Assembly (NCBI GenBank): GCA_951406725.2
Contig: OX597815.1
Coordinates: forward strand, 26,722,001-26,786,000
Direction of reading: 5' to 3'
DNA: 64,000 nt
DNA from: Octopus vulgaris
Taxonomy: Eukaryota
Shown here: positions 43,226-57,582 of the stretch, piece after piece
How positions within the stretch are numbered: position 1 is the stretch's first letter
How the letters are laid out: every line of letters starts with the position of its first letter
Position numbers and translations under genes: made by a program
Notes under the pieces: model-generated
The model's database searches: none
The model's input: the letters and a program-made list of their open reading frames with translations, nothing else
What the model was told of the DNA's origin: nothing

Positions 43226-43810
43226 CAAATATTGATTTTCTTTTGATTGGCATGAGAAAACAAATGTGTGTAGAGCATGTCATTACGCCAGTCTTTCAAT
43301 GCCTCAAGGAACTCTGACCCCTAAAAACATTTAATAGATGACAATGTTAAATTTTGCAACATTGAATTAGTGTATCATCTAACTATTCTCTTTATCTTGA
43401 TGTTTCTTTTCCTATTTCAGAATATCACCTTATGTTGACACACAAGAAACTTCTTCATTCAGATGTGCCTTTCATATTTTGACATCGTTTCACCAACTAA
43501 AGCAAGATGACATAATTTATCAGCAGCATTCATCAATACATCAAAATTTATAAGAAGACAATATTTTTCTTGTCTTCACTGTTTGGAATGTAGAGAAAGT
43601 GAATGCCTTACTGGTTAATTAAGGTTGGATAACTTTACAAACGAGTTGACGATTTCTTTCAGCTGATTTAGATATTAAGTAAGATCACAGAAGACAGAAA
43701 CACAGCTCCAAATTCTTTTCTAGAAAATGTTGCAGAACTGAAAAAAAGATGTTTATAAAGATGAAGGAAACATTATAATTGTGATATGTATAATAAATTA
43801 TTCTCTCATA

Positions 43811-44953
43811 ATGAATAAATTAATTGAAGCAAAAAACGATGATACAAGTGTGAAACAATATTTCTGTGATATCTGTGGTAAATCATTCAATTATAATAGT
43901 CGCTTGACTAGTCACAGACGTATCCATACTGGAGAAAAACCATATCACTGTGATATTTGTGATAAATCATTTTTTTCAAATAGCACTTTAACTGAACACA
44001 AACGTACACATACAGGCGAAAAACCTTATCATTGTAATATCTGTGGTAAATCATTCTTGTGTAGGACTCACTTGATTCAACACAAGAATACACATACAGT
44101 TGAAAAGCCATATCATTGTGATATCTGTGGTAAATCATCCTCTCAAAAGAGTGACTTGACTAAACACACACATACACACACAGGAGAAAAGCCATATCAT
44201 TGTAATATCTGTGGTAAATCATTCTCTCAAAAGAGTAACTTGACTCATCACAAATATACACATACAGGAGAAAAGCCATATCATTGTGAAATCTGTGGTA
44301 AATCATTCTCTCAAAGGAGTCACTTGACTCAACACAAACGCACACATACAGGAGAAAAGCCATATCATTGTGAAATCTGTGGTAAATCATTCTCTCAAAC
44401 GAGTGAATTGACTACACACAAACGCACACATACAGGAGAAAAACCATATCATTGCGACATCTGTGCTAAATCATTCTCGCGTAGGAGTATTTTGACTGAA
44501 CACAGACATACACATACAGGAGAAAAGCCATATCATTGTGATATCTGTGGTAATTCATTCTCTCAAAGGAGTTACTTGACTCATCACAAATATACACATA
44601 CAGGAGAAAAGCCATATCATTGTGATATCTGTGGTAAATCATTCTCTCAAAGCAGTGACTTGACTAATCACAAACATACACATGCAACAGAAAAGCCATA
44701 TTGTGATATTTGTGGTAGATCCTTCTCTCAAATGTGTAACTTGATTCAGCACAAACGTACACATACAGGCGAAAAGCCATATCATTGTGATATCTGTGGT
44801 AAATCATTCTCTCATAGGAGTAACTTGACTAAGCACAAACGTACACATACAGGAGAAAAGCCATATCATTGTGATATGTGTGGTAAATTATTCTCTGATA
44901 TGAGTAACTTGACTAAACACAAGTGTACACATACAGAAGCCATATCATTGTGA
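43811..44953 (+). CDS. C2H2 zinc-finger protein, type D (13 fingers)
   Basis: Thirteen fingers. A linker deletion gives TEAISL*, and decayed fingers follow to ~45330. Confidence 0.9.
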   Translation: MNKLIEAKNDDTSVKQYFCDICGKSFNYNSRLTSHRRIHTGEKPYHCDICDKSFFSNSTLTEHKRTHTGEKPYHCNICGKSFLCRTHLIQHKNTHTVEKPYHCDICGKSSSQKSDLTKHTHTHTGEKPYHCNICGKSFSQKSNLTHHKYTHTGEKPYHCEICGKSFSQRSHLTQHKRTHTGEKPYHCEICGKSFSQTSELTTHKRTHTGEKPYHCDICAKSFSRRSILTEHRHTHTGEKPYHCDICGNSFSQRSYLTHHKYTHTGEKPYHCDICGKSFSQSSDLTNHKHTHATEKPYCDICGRSFSQMCNLIQHKRTHTGEKPYHCDICGKSFSHRSNLTKHKRTHTGEKPYHCDMCGKLFSDMSNLTKHKCTHTEAISL

Positions 44954-45739
44954 GTTGTGTGATAAATCATTTTCTCAAAATTATCATTTAACTAATTTCA
45001 GATACATTCATACGAAGGAAAAACCATATCGCTGTGATATCTGTGATAAATCATTCTCTGCAAATTGTGATTTAACTAGTAACAAACATATTCATGCTGG
45101 GGAGAAGCCATTTTCATTGTGACACCTGAGGTAAATCATTCTCTTGCGAATATACATTTTCATACCACACAAAATCTACATCATGGTCAAATCTGTTGTA
45201 AATCATTCTCTCAGATCTAACTTAACTGTAAATGAATGCATTCCTACAGGAGAGAAGCCATGTCAGAGTGACATCTATGCTAAACCATTCTCTTGAAAAA
45301 AAGCTACATCCATACACCTGGGTATTCACAACAATTGTAACTGTACCAATGTCAGAATTTATTAAAACATTACAACAATGAAGTCTGTTTTGTCAGCTGT
45401 AATGCAGTGTTTTTTAGGAATTTGCTACAAAAGAATAATGAATAAAAAATCAGAATAAAAGACCATTTTATGTTTGTTTTGTTACTCAATATCTAGATAC
45501 TGTCTCCTCTATACGTTAAATCTCTCATCTGGCACAATGGCACACCCGTTCAATACTAACTGCTCACCTCCCTGTTGAGGGATTTTTTCTCACCTAGGGA
45601 TTTGGTGATCCTTTTGGTGCTGATGTTACGTGTCCATACACACTGTTTAAGTACAGGTATGGAATCTCCAACACTACGTGGGTGGTCTTGTTATTCAAAT
45701 GCCTTGTTTCTATTTGCTCCTGAAATTTATGTGTACTCT

Positions 45740-45940
45740 TTTATTCTTTGACGTGTTTCAATCATTTGACTGAGGCCATGCTGGAGCACCACCTTCAAGG
45801 GTGTTAGTGGAAGAAATCGACCTCAAGACTTAATCTTTGTAAGTCTAGTACTGATTTTATCGTTTTGCTAAACCGCAGTTACAGGGAGATAATCACACCA
45901 GTACCAATGGTTAAGCACGTGGCAGGTGGACAAAAAAAAG
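45740..45940. mobile_element. SINE-like dispersed repeat (partial copies ~20540-20650, ~29410-29520, inverted ~62030-62230)
   Basis: Recurrent TCATTTGACTGAGGCCATGCTGGAGCACCACCTT... next to TA/TG microsatellites. The family assignment is from recollection only. Confidence 0.55.
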
Positions 45941-45968
45941 ACACAGACACATACCCAAATACATATAG

Positions 45969-46014
<46 letters not shown>

Positions 46015-46032
46015 AGTAGTAGTAGCCTAATG

Positions 46033-46252
46033 TCGAGTTGAGCTGGCAGAAACGTTAGCATGCCGGGGAAATGTGTAGCGGTATTTCATCTGGTGTTACA
46101 TTCTGAGTTCAAATTCCACTGAGCTCGACCTTGCTTTTTATCCTGTTGGGGTCTATAAATAAAGTACCAATTACTCACTGGGGTTGATGTAGTCGACTTA
46201 ATCCCTGTCCTCTCTGTGTTTAGCCCCTTGTGGACAATAAAGAAATAAGAAA
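46033..46252 (+). mobile_element. SINE-like repeat
   Basis: Contains AGCTGGCAGAAACGTTAGC, a B-box-like GAGTTCAAATTCC and an A-rich tail AATAAAGAAATAAGAA. Confidence 0.6.
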
Positions 46253-46614
46253 TCAACCCCAAGACAGGGATATAAACACACCAGTACCAATGGTTAAGCA
46301 ATGGCAGGTGGAAAAAACATAGATACACAGACATTTATACATGTACCCAAATAGATGCATACACACACACACATATTGTAGCCTAAGTACCCAGTGTTGC
46401 TCAGAATTTGAAGGAATGTTAACCCTTTTGATACCAACCCAGCTGACTCTGCTGTACAAATGTCTTGTTTTCATATGTTTTGAATTTAAATTTTCCATCG
46501 AACCTTATTCACAATTCATGTTACAACATCAGGTTAATGATAACCACCAAGTTATTTTATGAAGCTGTTTGTTATATTTAAAATTAATTGAAAGAAACAG
46601 CATCTCAACAGAAT

Positions 46615-47120
46615 TCATCATTATCATCGTTTAACGTCTGCTTTCCATGCTAGCATGGGTTGGACGATTTTGACTGAGGGCTGGTGAACCAGATGGTTGC
46701 ACCAGCCTCCAATCTTGATCTGGCAGAGTTTCTACAGCTGGATGCCCTTCCTAGCGCCAACTACTCTGAGAGTGTAGTGGGTGCTTTTTATGTGCCACCG
46801 GCACGGGGGCCAGTCAGGCGGTACTGGCAATGACCTTGCTTGAATGTTTTTACACGTGCCAGTGAAGCGCTTTTGGTAATGATCACGCTCGAATGGTGTC
46901 CTTTTACATGCCACGGGTACGGAAGCCAGTTGGCTGCTCTAGCAACGATCACACTTGGATGGTGCTCTTGGCACCCTACTAGCACAGGCATAAGTGCCAG
47001 TAAGGTGACGCTGGTAACGTTCATACTCGACTAGCCGCTCTGTCAACGATCACACTCGAATGGTGCCCTTTTACATGCCACGGGTACGGAAGCCAGTTGG
47101 CTGCTCTGGCAACGATCACG
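46615..47120 (-). mobile_element. RTE-type LINE 3'-end fragment with internal direct repeats, inserted in a TTAA-MITE
   Basis: (CAT)n-CGTTTAACGTC tail. Segment ~46880-46955 is repeated at ~47047-47120. Confidence 0.75.
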
Positions 47121-47526
47121 CTGTGTTTTTGAAAATAAGAACTAAGATCTAAGGTGTTTTTGAAAATGAGATCTAAGACTAGGAAGCAGATTCTCCCAAT
47201 GTTGTGTGTTCTCAATTATTTATAACAATATTGTCGTCTTTTCGTCAGTCTTTGCTCTGAAAGTTCAAATCTCATCCAGGTCGACTTTGTCTTTCATCCC
47301 CTATTGGGAAATACTGAGTCTATTTATTCAACTTCCCACTCACATCAAAGATTGCTGGCCCTGGGCCAAACTTTGAGACCCTCATCATCATTGCTATTAT
47401 TAATATTACCTTAAAGAAAACCTTTGTCTCCCTTTTATCAATGCCTAACAAACAACAGGAAAACATTAACTGATGCGGTATTCCTCAATCAGTTTCCTCT
47501 CATTTTGCTTATGTCCCATTACACAG

Positions 47527-47602
47527 TGGAAGCACAATGGCCCAGTGGTTAGGGCAGCGGACTCACGGTCATAGGATCGCGGTTTCGATTCCCAGACCGA
47601 GC
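47527..47602 (+). mobile_element. tRNA-derived SINE head (body appears to continue at ~50366-50760 after the RTE insertion)
   Basis: A box TGGCCCAGTGG and B box GGTTTCGATTCCC, but no complete cloverleaf. Confidence 0.7.
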
Positions 47603-47603
47603 A

Positions 47604-50365
47604 TTCATCATTATCATCATCATCATCGTTTAACGTCCGTTTTCCGCACTAGCACAGGGTGGACGGTTCGACCGGGGTCTGGGAAGCCAGGAGGCTGCAC
47701 CAGGCTCCAGTCTGATCTGGCAGTGTTTCTACAGCTGGATGCCCTTCCTAACGCCAACCACTCCGCGAGTGTAGTTGGTGCTCTTTACATGCCACCGACA
47801 TAGGTGCCAGGGGAGTCTGGCAGCGGCCACGATCGGGCTGGTGCTTTTAATGTGCCACCGGCACAGAAGCCAGTCTAGACGGGGCTGGTATCAGCCACGT
47901 TTGGATGGTGCTTTTTATGTGTCACTGGCACAGGTATCACAACTACTATTTCCATTGATATTTATTTCGATGTTCATGTACTTGACTCAATAGGTCTCCT
48001 CAAGCACAACGGGATGTTCTGAAATCCAAGGTACTTTGAATGGGCAGGGGCTATGCGGATCTGGTGCAGGAAGCAGCCCGGGTCTTTGCAGTCACAGCAT
48101 ATCTTCAGAGATAGCGGTCCTTCGTCATTGCCTCTGTGAGGCTCAATGCTCTGAGGTCATGCTTGACTACCTCATCCCATGTCTTCCTGGGTCTACCTCT
48201 CCCCCTGATACCTTCAACTGTTTGGGAGCGGCACTTCTTCACACATCTCTCCTCATCCATCCGCAGTACATGACCATACCATCGCAAGCGTCGCTCTTGC
48301 ACACCACATCTGATGCTTATGTCCAGCATTTCTCTCAGGGCACTTACACTCTGTCGTGTGTGCACACTGACATTACACATCCAGCGGATCATGCTAGCTT
48401 AATTTCATTCAAGTCTATGCATGTCCTCTGCAGTCACAGCCCATGTTTCACTACCATGAAGCATGGTAGTTCGCACACATGCATCATACAATCTACCTTA
48501 CACTCTGAGCGAGAGACCCTTTGTCGCCAGTAGGGGTAGAAGCTTTCTAAACTTTGCCCAGGCTATTCGTATTCTAGTGGTGGCACTCTCTGAGCATCCA
48601 CCTCCACTACTAACTTGGTCATCCAGGTAGCAGAAACTATCAACTACTTCTAGTTTCTACCCCTGGAGTGTGATGGAATCTGTTTTCTGAGTATCTGTGG
48701 TGTCTATTGTCCCTGTGCATCTGCCGCACATGAAAGCAATCTTATCAGTTAATTTCCCTTTGATGTTGCTGCACCTCTTATGCATCCATAGCTTACACTG
48801 GGTACATCTTATGGAGTTTCCACCTACACCTTTCCTACAGATCGAGCAGGGCTACCTGCCCGAGGGTGTGTCTGCTGGGTTCTGCCTTTCTGTTTACTAT
48901 AACTTTGGTCTTTGCTACATTTACTCTAAGGCCCTTTGATTCTAACCCTTGCTTCCACACCCAAAATTTCTTTTCTAGTTCCAGTAGTGATTCTGCTATG
49001 AGAGCCAGGTCATCAGCATAGAGGAGCTCCCAGGGGCAACCTGTTTTGAATTTCTCTGTTATTGCCTGGAGGACTATGATGAATAAAAGGGGACTGAGGG
49101 CTGAACCTTGGTGTACACCTACTTCTACCCGGAATTCTTCACTATATTCGTTGCCAATCATAACCTTGCTGACAGCCTCTCTGTATAGGGCCTGTACAGC
49201 CCTTATTAGCCATTCGTCAATCTCCAGTTTCTGCATCGACCACCAGATAAGGGATCGGGGGACCCTGTCAAAGGCTTTCTCCAAGTCCACAATAGCTAGG
49301 TACTTTTGCAGTTGTTGGACCAGGAATATAGCATCAGTGGTGCTTCTACCTGGCACAAAACCAAACTGCATCTCATCTAAGCTAATTCTCTCCCTAATGA
49401 GATGGGTTATGACCCTCTCTGTGACCTTCATTAACTGATCCAACAGTTTAATACCCCTGTAGTTATTTCTATCTAGAGCATCACCTTTACCCTTGTAGCA
49501 GTTGGCTATGGTGCTGCTACGCCAGTCATTGGGTATGACTCCATTATGAACTACCTGGTTTACAATGCGGGTGACTAGGCCATAGCTCACACAACCAGCT
49601 GTTTTAAGCATCTCAGCAGTGATTCCTGATGGGCCGGGGGCTTTACTTGGTTTCATACCCTTAATTGCCTTAACTACAAGGGAGCTGTCTATTCGGATAG
49701 CTGGTCCCTCTACTGGGTCAACATTTGGCAGACTCTCCTCCTCCCATTCATTCTCCACATTCAGCAGTCTTTCATAATGGCTTCTCCAAGCCTCTTTCTT
49801 TTCACCATCATTAAAAGCAAGTGCCCCATCATCCATGCGGACACATTTCTCTCCTGTAACATCACTATTTTCTCTCACACACTGTCTAGCAATCCGAAAT
49901 ACCTCAGTTCTTTGGTCCTCACTGGACATTGGCAAACTTCTTTTCTGCTACATCTTTGGCTATGTATACCTGCCGCCCAGCCTCCTTTTGGCTACCTGGT
50001 ACAGTTCCCTGCTACCCCCATCCCTCCAAGCTTTCCAGGCCTGTTTCTTTGCACTAATGGCTTTGTCTACTGTACTATTCCACCACCACGTAACTCTAGG
50101 TCTGGAAGGCACTTTGCACCATCCACGGACTTGGTCTGTGGCACTCAGCAAGCTGTCCCGTAGGAATTTCCAGCTACCTTCTGTGTCCGACGTCTGTAGC
50201 TCCTCCTCCCTCTCATCAAATTTCTTGATGAGTATGTCCCTAAATCTCTGACCATGTGAAGGGTTCTTTAGCTTCCAAATCCTTCTTTTCTGGATTGGTC
50301 TGTTTCTTGGAATCCTTCTGGCCTCAATGATTAGCCTATGCTGAGGGGCACATTCTTCACCCGGG
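47604..50365 (-). mobile_element. RTE-clade LINE, 5'-truncated and frameshifted (reverse transcriptase + PHD-like insert + 3' UTR)
   Basis: ORF 48835-49935 has KAPGPSGI, QFGFVPGRSTTDAI, DLEKAFDRV, GVHQGSALSP and YADD. The C-terminus has RRLRWYGHVLRM...RGRGRPRKTW, followed by an (ATG)n tail. Confidence 0.92.
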
Positions 50366-50760
50366 TGGGTCTGAGCGAAAACACCTAAAGCTCCACGAGG
50401 CTCCAGCAGTTAGTGGTGGTGAACCATGCTGTACTCTTTCACCACACCTTTCTCTCACTCTTTCTTCCTGTTTCTATTATACCTGTATTGCAAAGGGGCC
50501 AGCCTTGTCACACTCTGTGTCACGCTGAATCTCCCTGAGAACTACGTTAAGGGTACAGGTGTCTGTGGAGTGCTCAACCACTTGCACGTTAATAAATGAG
50601 CTGTGACGTCACAGGTGCCAAGCTGTATCGGCCCCCTTTGCCTTTCCCTTGGATAACATTGGTGACATGGAGAGAGGGAGCCGGTATGCATGGGCGACTG
50701 CTGATCTTCCATAAACAGCCCAGACTTGTGCCTCGGAGGGTAACATTCAAGGTGCAATCA
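50366..50760 (+). mobile_element. SINE body, probable continuation of 47527-47602
   Basis: GC-richer repeat-like segment starting where RTE homology stops. The link to the head is inferred. Confidence 0.5.
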
Positions 50761-51399
50761 TAATTAACAGATCATTATTTCGGTGTGGACAAATTATTAA
50801 GTTTGCTTCACATTTTCCAAATGTGAGAGAGATTAAAATTTGAATACTCTGTATCAAAAAGGTTCCGATATGAATAGGCAGAAAAGAATTCCGTTTACAT
50901 AATCAGCTTGATTGGCCACCTTCCTCTGTCGGTTGAGTAAAGTGTCATCCAAGCTGATGTTTATTGGTAAGGAAACTTAATTTGCAACACCTGAGCATAT
51001 TTATCAGTCTCACAGCCTCACTTTTGTTGGTAATTCTCATCAACAACTTTTCCTCTGATCATGATTTGATAAGACATACAGCAGTATGCTAAAGATCGGA
51101 CATAATCTCTTGATGGCAAAAAATGTAAAATAAAGTTTATTATAAACAACACAAACACTTTGTAATTTAATAGATTTCAATGTGATACCTGTTCAATAGA
51201 AATTACTTTTATTCAATAAAAATTTAATTAAATCCAATCAAGAGTAAGTGAAATTATCTTAAATACAACTAAATTGAAAATCTTTTTACCCTGTCTATAT
51301 CAGTAATACTCAAAACTTTTAAGAACGAATTTTATATAAGTGAAACCTTTTTTTGAACAAATTATATCCTGAAAATTACATGGGTTGTTACGGCACTTG

Positions 51400-52239
51400 T
51401 GTTAAGTCAAGTGATACTTTTTAGAAAATGATTTACCACAGATATCAGAATATGGCTTTTCCCCTGTATGTGTATGTTTGTGTTGAGTCAAGTCCTATAA
51501 GAGATTGATTTAGCACAGATATCGCAATGATATTTCTTTTCTCTTCGATATGTATGTGCATGTTGAATCAAGTTACACCCATAAGAGAATGATTTACCAC
51601 ATACTACAAAGATATGGCTTTACTGTTGCATGTGTATACTCGTGTTTAGTCAAGTTACTCCTTTTAGAGAATGACCTATCACAATCATATGGCTTTTCTC
51701 CTGAATGAGTACGTTTATGTTGAGTCAAGTTACTCCTACACGAGAATGATTTACCACAGATCTCACAATGAAACGGCTCTTCTCCTGTATGTGTACGTTT
51801 GTGTTCAGTCAAGGTACTCCTTCGAGAATGATTTACCACAGATATCACAATGATATGGCTTTTGTCCTGTATGTGTATGTTTGTGGTGAGCCAAGTTACT
51901 CCTACACGAGAATGATTTACCACAGATCTCACAATGAAACGGCTCTTCTCCTGTATGTGTACGTTTGTGTTCAGTCAAGGTACTCCTTCGAGAGAATGAT
52001 TTACCACAGATATCACAATGATATGGCTTTTGTCCTGTATGTGTATGTTTGTGGTGAGCCAAGTTACTCCTACACGAGAATGATTTACTACAGATATCAC
52101 AATCATATGGCTTTTCCCCAGTATGTGTATGCTTGTGTTCAGTCAAGGTATTCCTATAAGAGAATGATTTACCACAGATTTCACAGGAATGTTGTTTCTC
52201 TTTTGAATCTGGGTTTTTTGGTTTAGTTAAGTTGCTCAT
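51400..52239 (-). pseudogene. C2H2 zinc-finger gene on the minus strand, frameshifted in finger 5 (4-finger ORF 52239-51805)
   Basis: ATG at 52239. A 2-bp loss (TTCGAGAATG vs TTCGAGAGAATG) at ~51825 shifts the frame. Fingers continue in another frame to 51594 and decay to ~51400. Confidence 0.8.
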
Positions 52240-54269
52240 TATAAGAGAATAATTTATTATACATATCACAATTATAATGTTTCCTTCATCTTTATAAACA
52301 TCTTTGTTTTCAGTTCTGCAACATTTTCTAGAAAAGAATTTGGAGCTGTGTTTCTTTCTTCTGTAATCTTACTTAATATCTAAATCAGCTGAAAGAAATC
52401 GTCAACTCGTTTGTAAAGTTATCCAACCTTAATTAACCAGTAAGGCATTCACTTTCTCTACATTCCAAACAGTGAAGACAAGAAAAATATTGTATTCATA
52501 GATTGTATTCTTATAAATTTTGTACTGATAAATCATGTTATCTTGCTTTAGTTGGTGAAACGATGTCAAAATATGAAAGGCACATCTGAATGAAGAAGTT
52601 TCTTGTGTGTCAACATAAGGTGATATTCTGAAATAGGAAAAGAAACATCAAGATAAAGAGAATAGTTAGATGATACACTAATTCAATGTTGCAAAATTTA
52701 ACATTGTCATCTATTAAATGTTTTTAGGGGTCAGAGTTCCTTGAGGCATTGAAAGACTGGCACAATGACATGCTCTACACACTACATTTGTTTTCTCATG
52801 CCAATCAAAAGAAAATCAATGTTTGGGCGTAACTTCGGTATAGGTACCGGATACATTTCAAGAAAGTGTTTTTTTTTATATAGGGTGGGGGGGGGGCAGA
52901 AAAGGGTTTCTGTTATCTTCAGAAATGTAAACAAAGCCACTTCTGGTACCTATAACGAAGGATCGTAAATGTTTGATATATCGAAGACGAGGAATCATAT
53001 TTTCTCAATGTTGCTATGTTCTTAATTCTATGAGATGACTGTAACCTCAAAGGGTACGTATAGTTTTAGAGCAAGGACCAGAATTCATGACTCAATTATT
53101 AGTAATCTTTCTTAACTTGCTTATTCTATATCATCAGTAATACAGCTTTTTTGACATCGTTCTCCTTTTATCTTTTTAGAAATTTACATACACAAATGAA
53201 GCAGCTAAGAAGGAACCCTAGCCGAAAACACACACTTGCACAGAAATGCATACATACATCTATAACTTGCACATTATAAATATGCAAGGCTTTTCTCAAG
53301 TTTAAACTGCGACGTTGATTTTGTTATCTACATTCCACACAAATACAGAGAAGAAATATGTATGTGCATCAAGAAAGTGTATTATAAGTGATAATATTTC
53401 ATGTGTTTATAGTTAACAGCATGTGCTGCCCCGAACGCGGAAACATACAAACGAATCTTGACAAATCGTAACAATTACAAGCCTGTTAGGGTATACATAA
53501 AAAAATCCGGAACAACGGTGTGTCAGTGTATTGTTTATTTCGCTTCCATCAGTCACACATGGTGAAAGAGAGTTCGAACACACATTTTAGTCTCCAAAGT
53601 CCCTTCCCTGCGGACCAAGTCGCTAACGAGGCCACACAATAGGCCCTGTCTGTAGTTCGTGTATTTTTGAGTCTTTGGGTAGGGCCCAGTACATCTTAAG
53701 TTTCAAAACACGAACTCCTTCCAGTTCGACTTTGCCTTGTATTCTTTCCAGGTAAACAAAATAAGGAGCTCCAATAGAAACGCATCTCTCCAAGAAAATG
53801 AAATGCAATTGAAAAAAAAAAGTCATGAAAATATATACAAAGTAAATGATGTATGCAAAAAAATTAGGAAGATTTATCTGTTTTTAAGTATTTTATACAA
53901 AAGAATAAAACAGAAGGAGAACGTTGCTGGCCCCGGCCAAAATGTGAAACCATCATCATTATTGCTTTATTCATCCCGAAAAAGAAGTCCAGCTCTCAGT
54001 GGAAATACGGCCGAGGTCGTATTTGCCTTTCGTCGTTTTCGAGAAATACTGGGTTCCATGTATTCGACTTCTGGCCCCGGGCCAAAATGTGGAACCATCA
54101 TCATCATTATCAAAGTAACTTTAAAGTAAATCTTCGTCAACTTGTCAATTAATTAGTGTCTCATAAACAACAGGACAACATTAATTAATGTGGTATTCTT
54201 CAATCGGTTTCCTCTCGTTTTACTAATTAATTATGCCACATTACTCTTATTTTATAAATTAATTTCCTT

Positions 54270-57149
54270 GGTAGTTGTCTATTGTCGTGGTCCCGGTTTC
54301 GCACACGCGAATTCGCGCGCGCGCGCGCCAGACGTAGGTAGTCGATACTCGAGATCCTACGAGGTGACATGCGCAGTGCAGAATTCGCGCATGCGCGTTA
54401 AACCCCCCCCCCCCTAAAAAAAAGGGGGTTGGATTTCACTAAAAATATATATGTGTGTGTGTGTGTGTGTATATATAACATTTTCAATTTTAGACAAAAA
54501 AATTACATAGTCGCTTTCCTCGCGGATTTACAGATAAATGAATTAATTACTATTTTACAGAATAAAATTAATGAATTAATTATATAAATTAAATAATTCT
54601 TGAAAATCAATTAATATTAATAATATTTTTTGAACAAAGTAAATAATTTATAAAACTTGGTTAATAATTTTTTTTACACAAACGCGAACGTATATAATTT
54701 GTGAAACTTTTTTTTTTTTACAGACGTATATAATTTGGTAAACTTAATGAATTAATTTCTTCTCATCATCATCATCGTTTAACGTCCGTTCTCCATGCCA
54801 GCATGGGTTGGACGGTTCGACCGGGGATCTGGGAAGCCAGAAGGCTGCACCAGACTCCAGTCTTATCTGGCAATGTTTCTACAGCTGGATGCCCTTCCTA
54901 ACGCCAACCACTCCGAGAGTGTAGTGGGTGCTTTTTACATGCCACCCGCACAGGTGCCAGGCGAGGCTGGCAACGGCCACGGTCGGATTGGTGCCAGTCG
55001 AGGCGGCTCTGGCATCGGCCACGATTCGGATAGTGCTTTTTACGTACCACCAGTCCAGGGGTCCTGGCATTTGCCGGGTGTCACACTTGCCCCAACATGT
55101 CTTCGCAAGCAAAGGGGGGTTGGCATGGGTGCCTGTCGTGGGATGAGGTTCGATATCAACTTCGCTTGCCTCAACAGGTCTTTGTGTATAAATGTATAAA
55201 TTTTTCGCACTAAATTCTTTCCGTAGAATTTATCAATAAACGCGCAAAATTATTCCGTAGAATTTATCAAATTAAAAACGCAAAATTAATATATTTTTTG
55301 AAATTGCAAATTATTTAGAATATAAAACAAATGAAGTTAAATTTTAAAAATAAATGTCATATACTTATACTCTGTAAGGTGCTGTGTTCACACTTCAATT
55401 TACTATTTTCTAGAAATGTTGCTTTTCTAATTGAAACAATTTTTCTCAATCTCCATTTAAAAGTCCATAATGCCTCTTGAGACATATCAAAATGAACAAC
55501 TTTGAATTACGCGGCGGCGGTGGTGGTGTGAGGTTCTAATTTTTTTTTCTGATCTCTCTTTGCCCCCTCTTTATCTCAGTTGTTCATTCCGCTAATATTT
55601 AGAAAAATTTTCGCGCCCAATTTTTGTTGTCGCGGGAAAAGATGAACGATTTAAAATAAATATATCTTAATTGTAGTGTGAGAAAGTATATATATTCTGA
55701 TGACAAAATATATTATCTTTCAAAAACATCCCAAATTTATAGACTATATCGTGTAGGTTTAAGAAATATATATATATATAGATATATATACATATACATA
55801 TATAACAGAGAACGAAACATCTTTCATCTGTCTCCCCACCACACCTCCATCTAGGGGGGCAAAGAGAGATCAGAAAAAAAAATTAGAACCTCACACCACC
55901 ACCGCCGCCGCGTAATTCAAAGTTGTTCATTTTGATATGTCTCAAGAGGCATTATGGACTTTTAAATGGAGATTGAGAAAAATTGTTTCAATTAAAAAAG
56001 CAACATTTCTAGAAAATAGTAAATTGAAGTGTGAACACAGCACCTTACAGAGTATAAGTATATGACATTTATTTTTAAAATTTAACTTCATTTGTTTTAT
56101 ATTCTAAATAATTTGCAATTTCAAAAAATATATTAATTTTGCGTTTTTTAATTTGATAAATTCTACGGAATAATTTTGCGCGTTTTTTGATAAATTCTAC
56201 GGAAAGAATTTAGTGCGAAAAATTTATACATTTATACACAAAGACCTGTTGAGGCAAGCGAAGTTGATATCGAACCTCATCCCACGACAGGCACCCATGC
56301 CAACCCCCTTTGCTTGCGAAGACATGTTGGGGCAAGTGTGACACCCGGCAAATGCCAGGACCCCTGGACTGGTGGTACGTAAAAAGCACTATCCGAATCG
56401 TGGCCGATGCCAGAGCCGCCTCGACTGGCACCAATCCGACCGTGGCCGTTGCCAGCCTCGCCTGGCACCTGTGCGGGTGGCATGTAAAAAGCACCCACTA
56501 CACTCTCGGAGTGGTTGGCGTTAGGAAGGGCATCCAGCTGTAGAAACATTGCCAGATAAGACTGGAGTCTGGTGCAGCCTTCTGGCTTCCCAGATCCCCG
56601 GTCGAACCGTCCAACCCATGCTGGCATGGAGAACGGACGTTAAACGATGATGATGATGAGAAGAAATTAATTCATTAAGTTTACCAAATTATATACGTCT
56701 GTAAAAAAAAAAAAAGTTTCACAAATTATATACGTTCGCGTTTGTGTAAAAAAAAATTATTAACCAAGTTTTATAAATTATTTACTTTGTTCAAAAAATA
56801 TTATTAATATTAATTGATTTTCAAGAATTATTTAATTTATATAATTAATTCATTAATTTTATTCTGTAAAATAGTAATTAATTCATTTATCTGTAAATCC
56901 GCGAGGAAAGCGACTATGTAATTTTTTTGTGTAAAATTGAAAATGTTATATATACACACACATACACACACATATATATTTTTAGTGAAATCCAACCCCT
57001 TTTTTTTTTAGGGGGGGGTTTAACGCGCATGCGCGAATTCTGCACTGCGCATGTCACCTCGTAGGATCTCGAGCATCGAGTACCTACGTCTGGCGCGCGC
57101 GCGCGAATTCGCGTGTGCGAAACCGGGACCACGACAATAGACAAGTACC
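54270..57149. mobile_element. Non-autonomous foldback (Mutator/MULE-like) DNA transposon, copy 2
   Basis: Arms 54270-55567 and ~55855-57149. The 9-bp TSD AATTTCCTT lies at 54261-54269 and 57150-57158. Same spacer as copy 1. Confidence 0.93.
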
Positions 57150-57159
57150 AATTTCCTTT

Positions 57160-57540
57160 ATATCACATGAAACAGTCGATCATAGGTTTTCATAAACAAT
57201 AAATCAACATTTCTGTTTGGAAATTATTAATTAAGACGAGGAAATGTATTCTCCTGTTCTGTTTTCGTTTCAAAATAATTGCTGTAACATCGAGAGGTTC
57301 ACAGAATTCTATTATTTACATTATTAGTATTAATAGTATTATTATCACCATTACAACCTTAAAGTAAATCTTCGTCAAATTACAGTATTCAGATACAAAC
57401 AGCGACTCAGTTATTCGGCAATTAAGCACCTTAATTAATAATTTAATTGAATGGATGTTTGAAGTGCTGTAGAAGTTATTTCCCTTGTGATAATTCTATT
57501 CCTCAATTCTCCAATAGATGGCTCTACTGACTGGCTGGAT
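57160..57540 (-). promoter_or_regulatory. Diverged inverted copy of the conserved upstream module (for the minus-strand ZNF gene)
   Basis: The reverse complement aligns with 4277-4466 and 1207-1370, including CCAATAGATGGCTCT at 57511-57525. Confidence 0.6.
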
Positions 57541-57582
57541 TCATTCCAGTCTTTGTCTTTGTCCCATTCTCTCAGCAAATTT

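Noticed and set aside
47527-47602. tRNA gene
   Set aside because: It has A and B boxes but no acceptor-stem pairing, and fits a SINE head. The same applies to 60455-60530.
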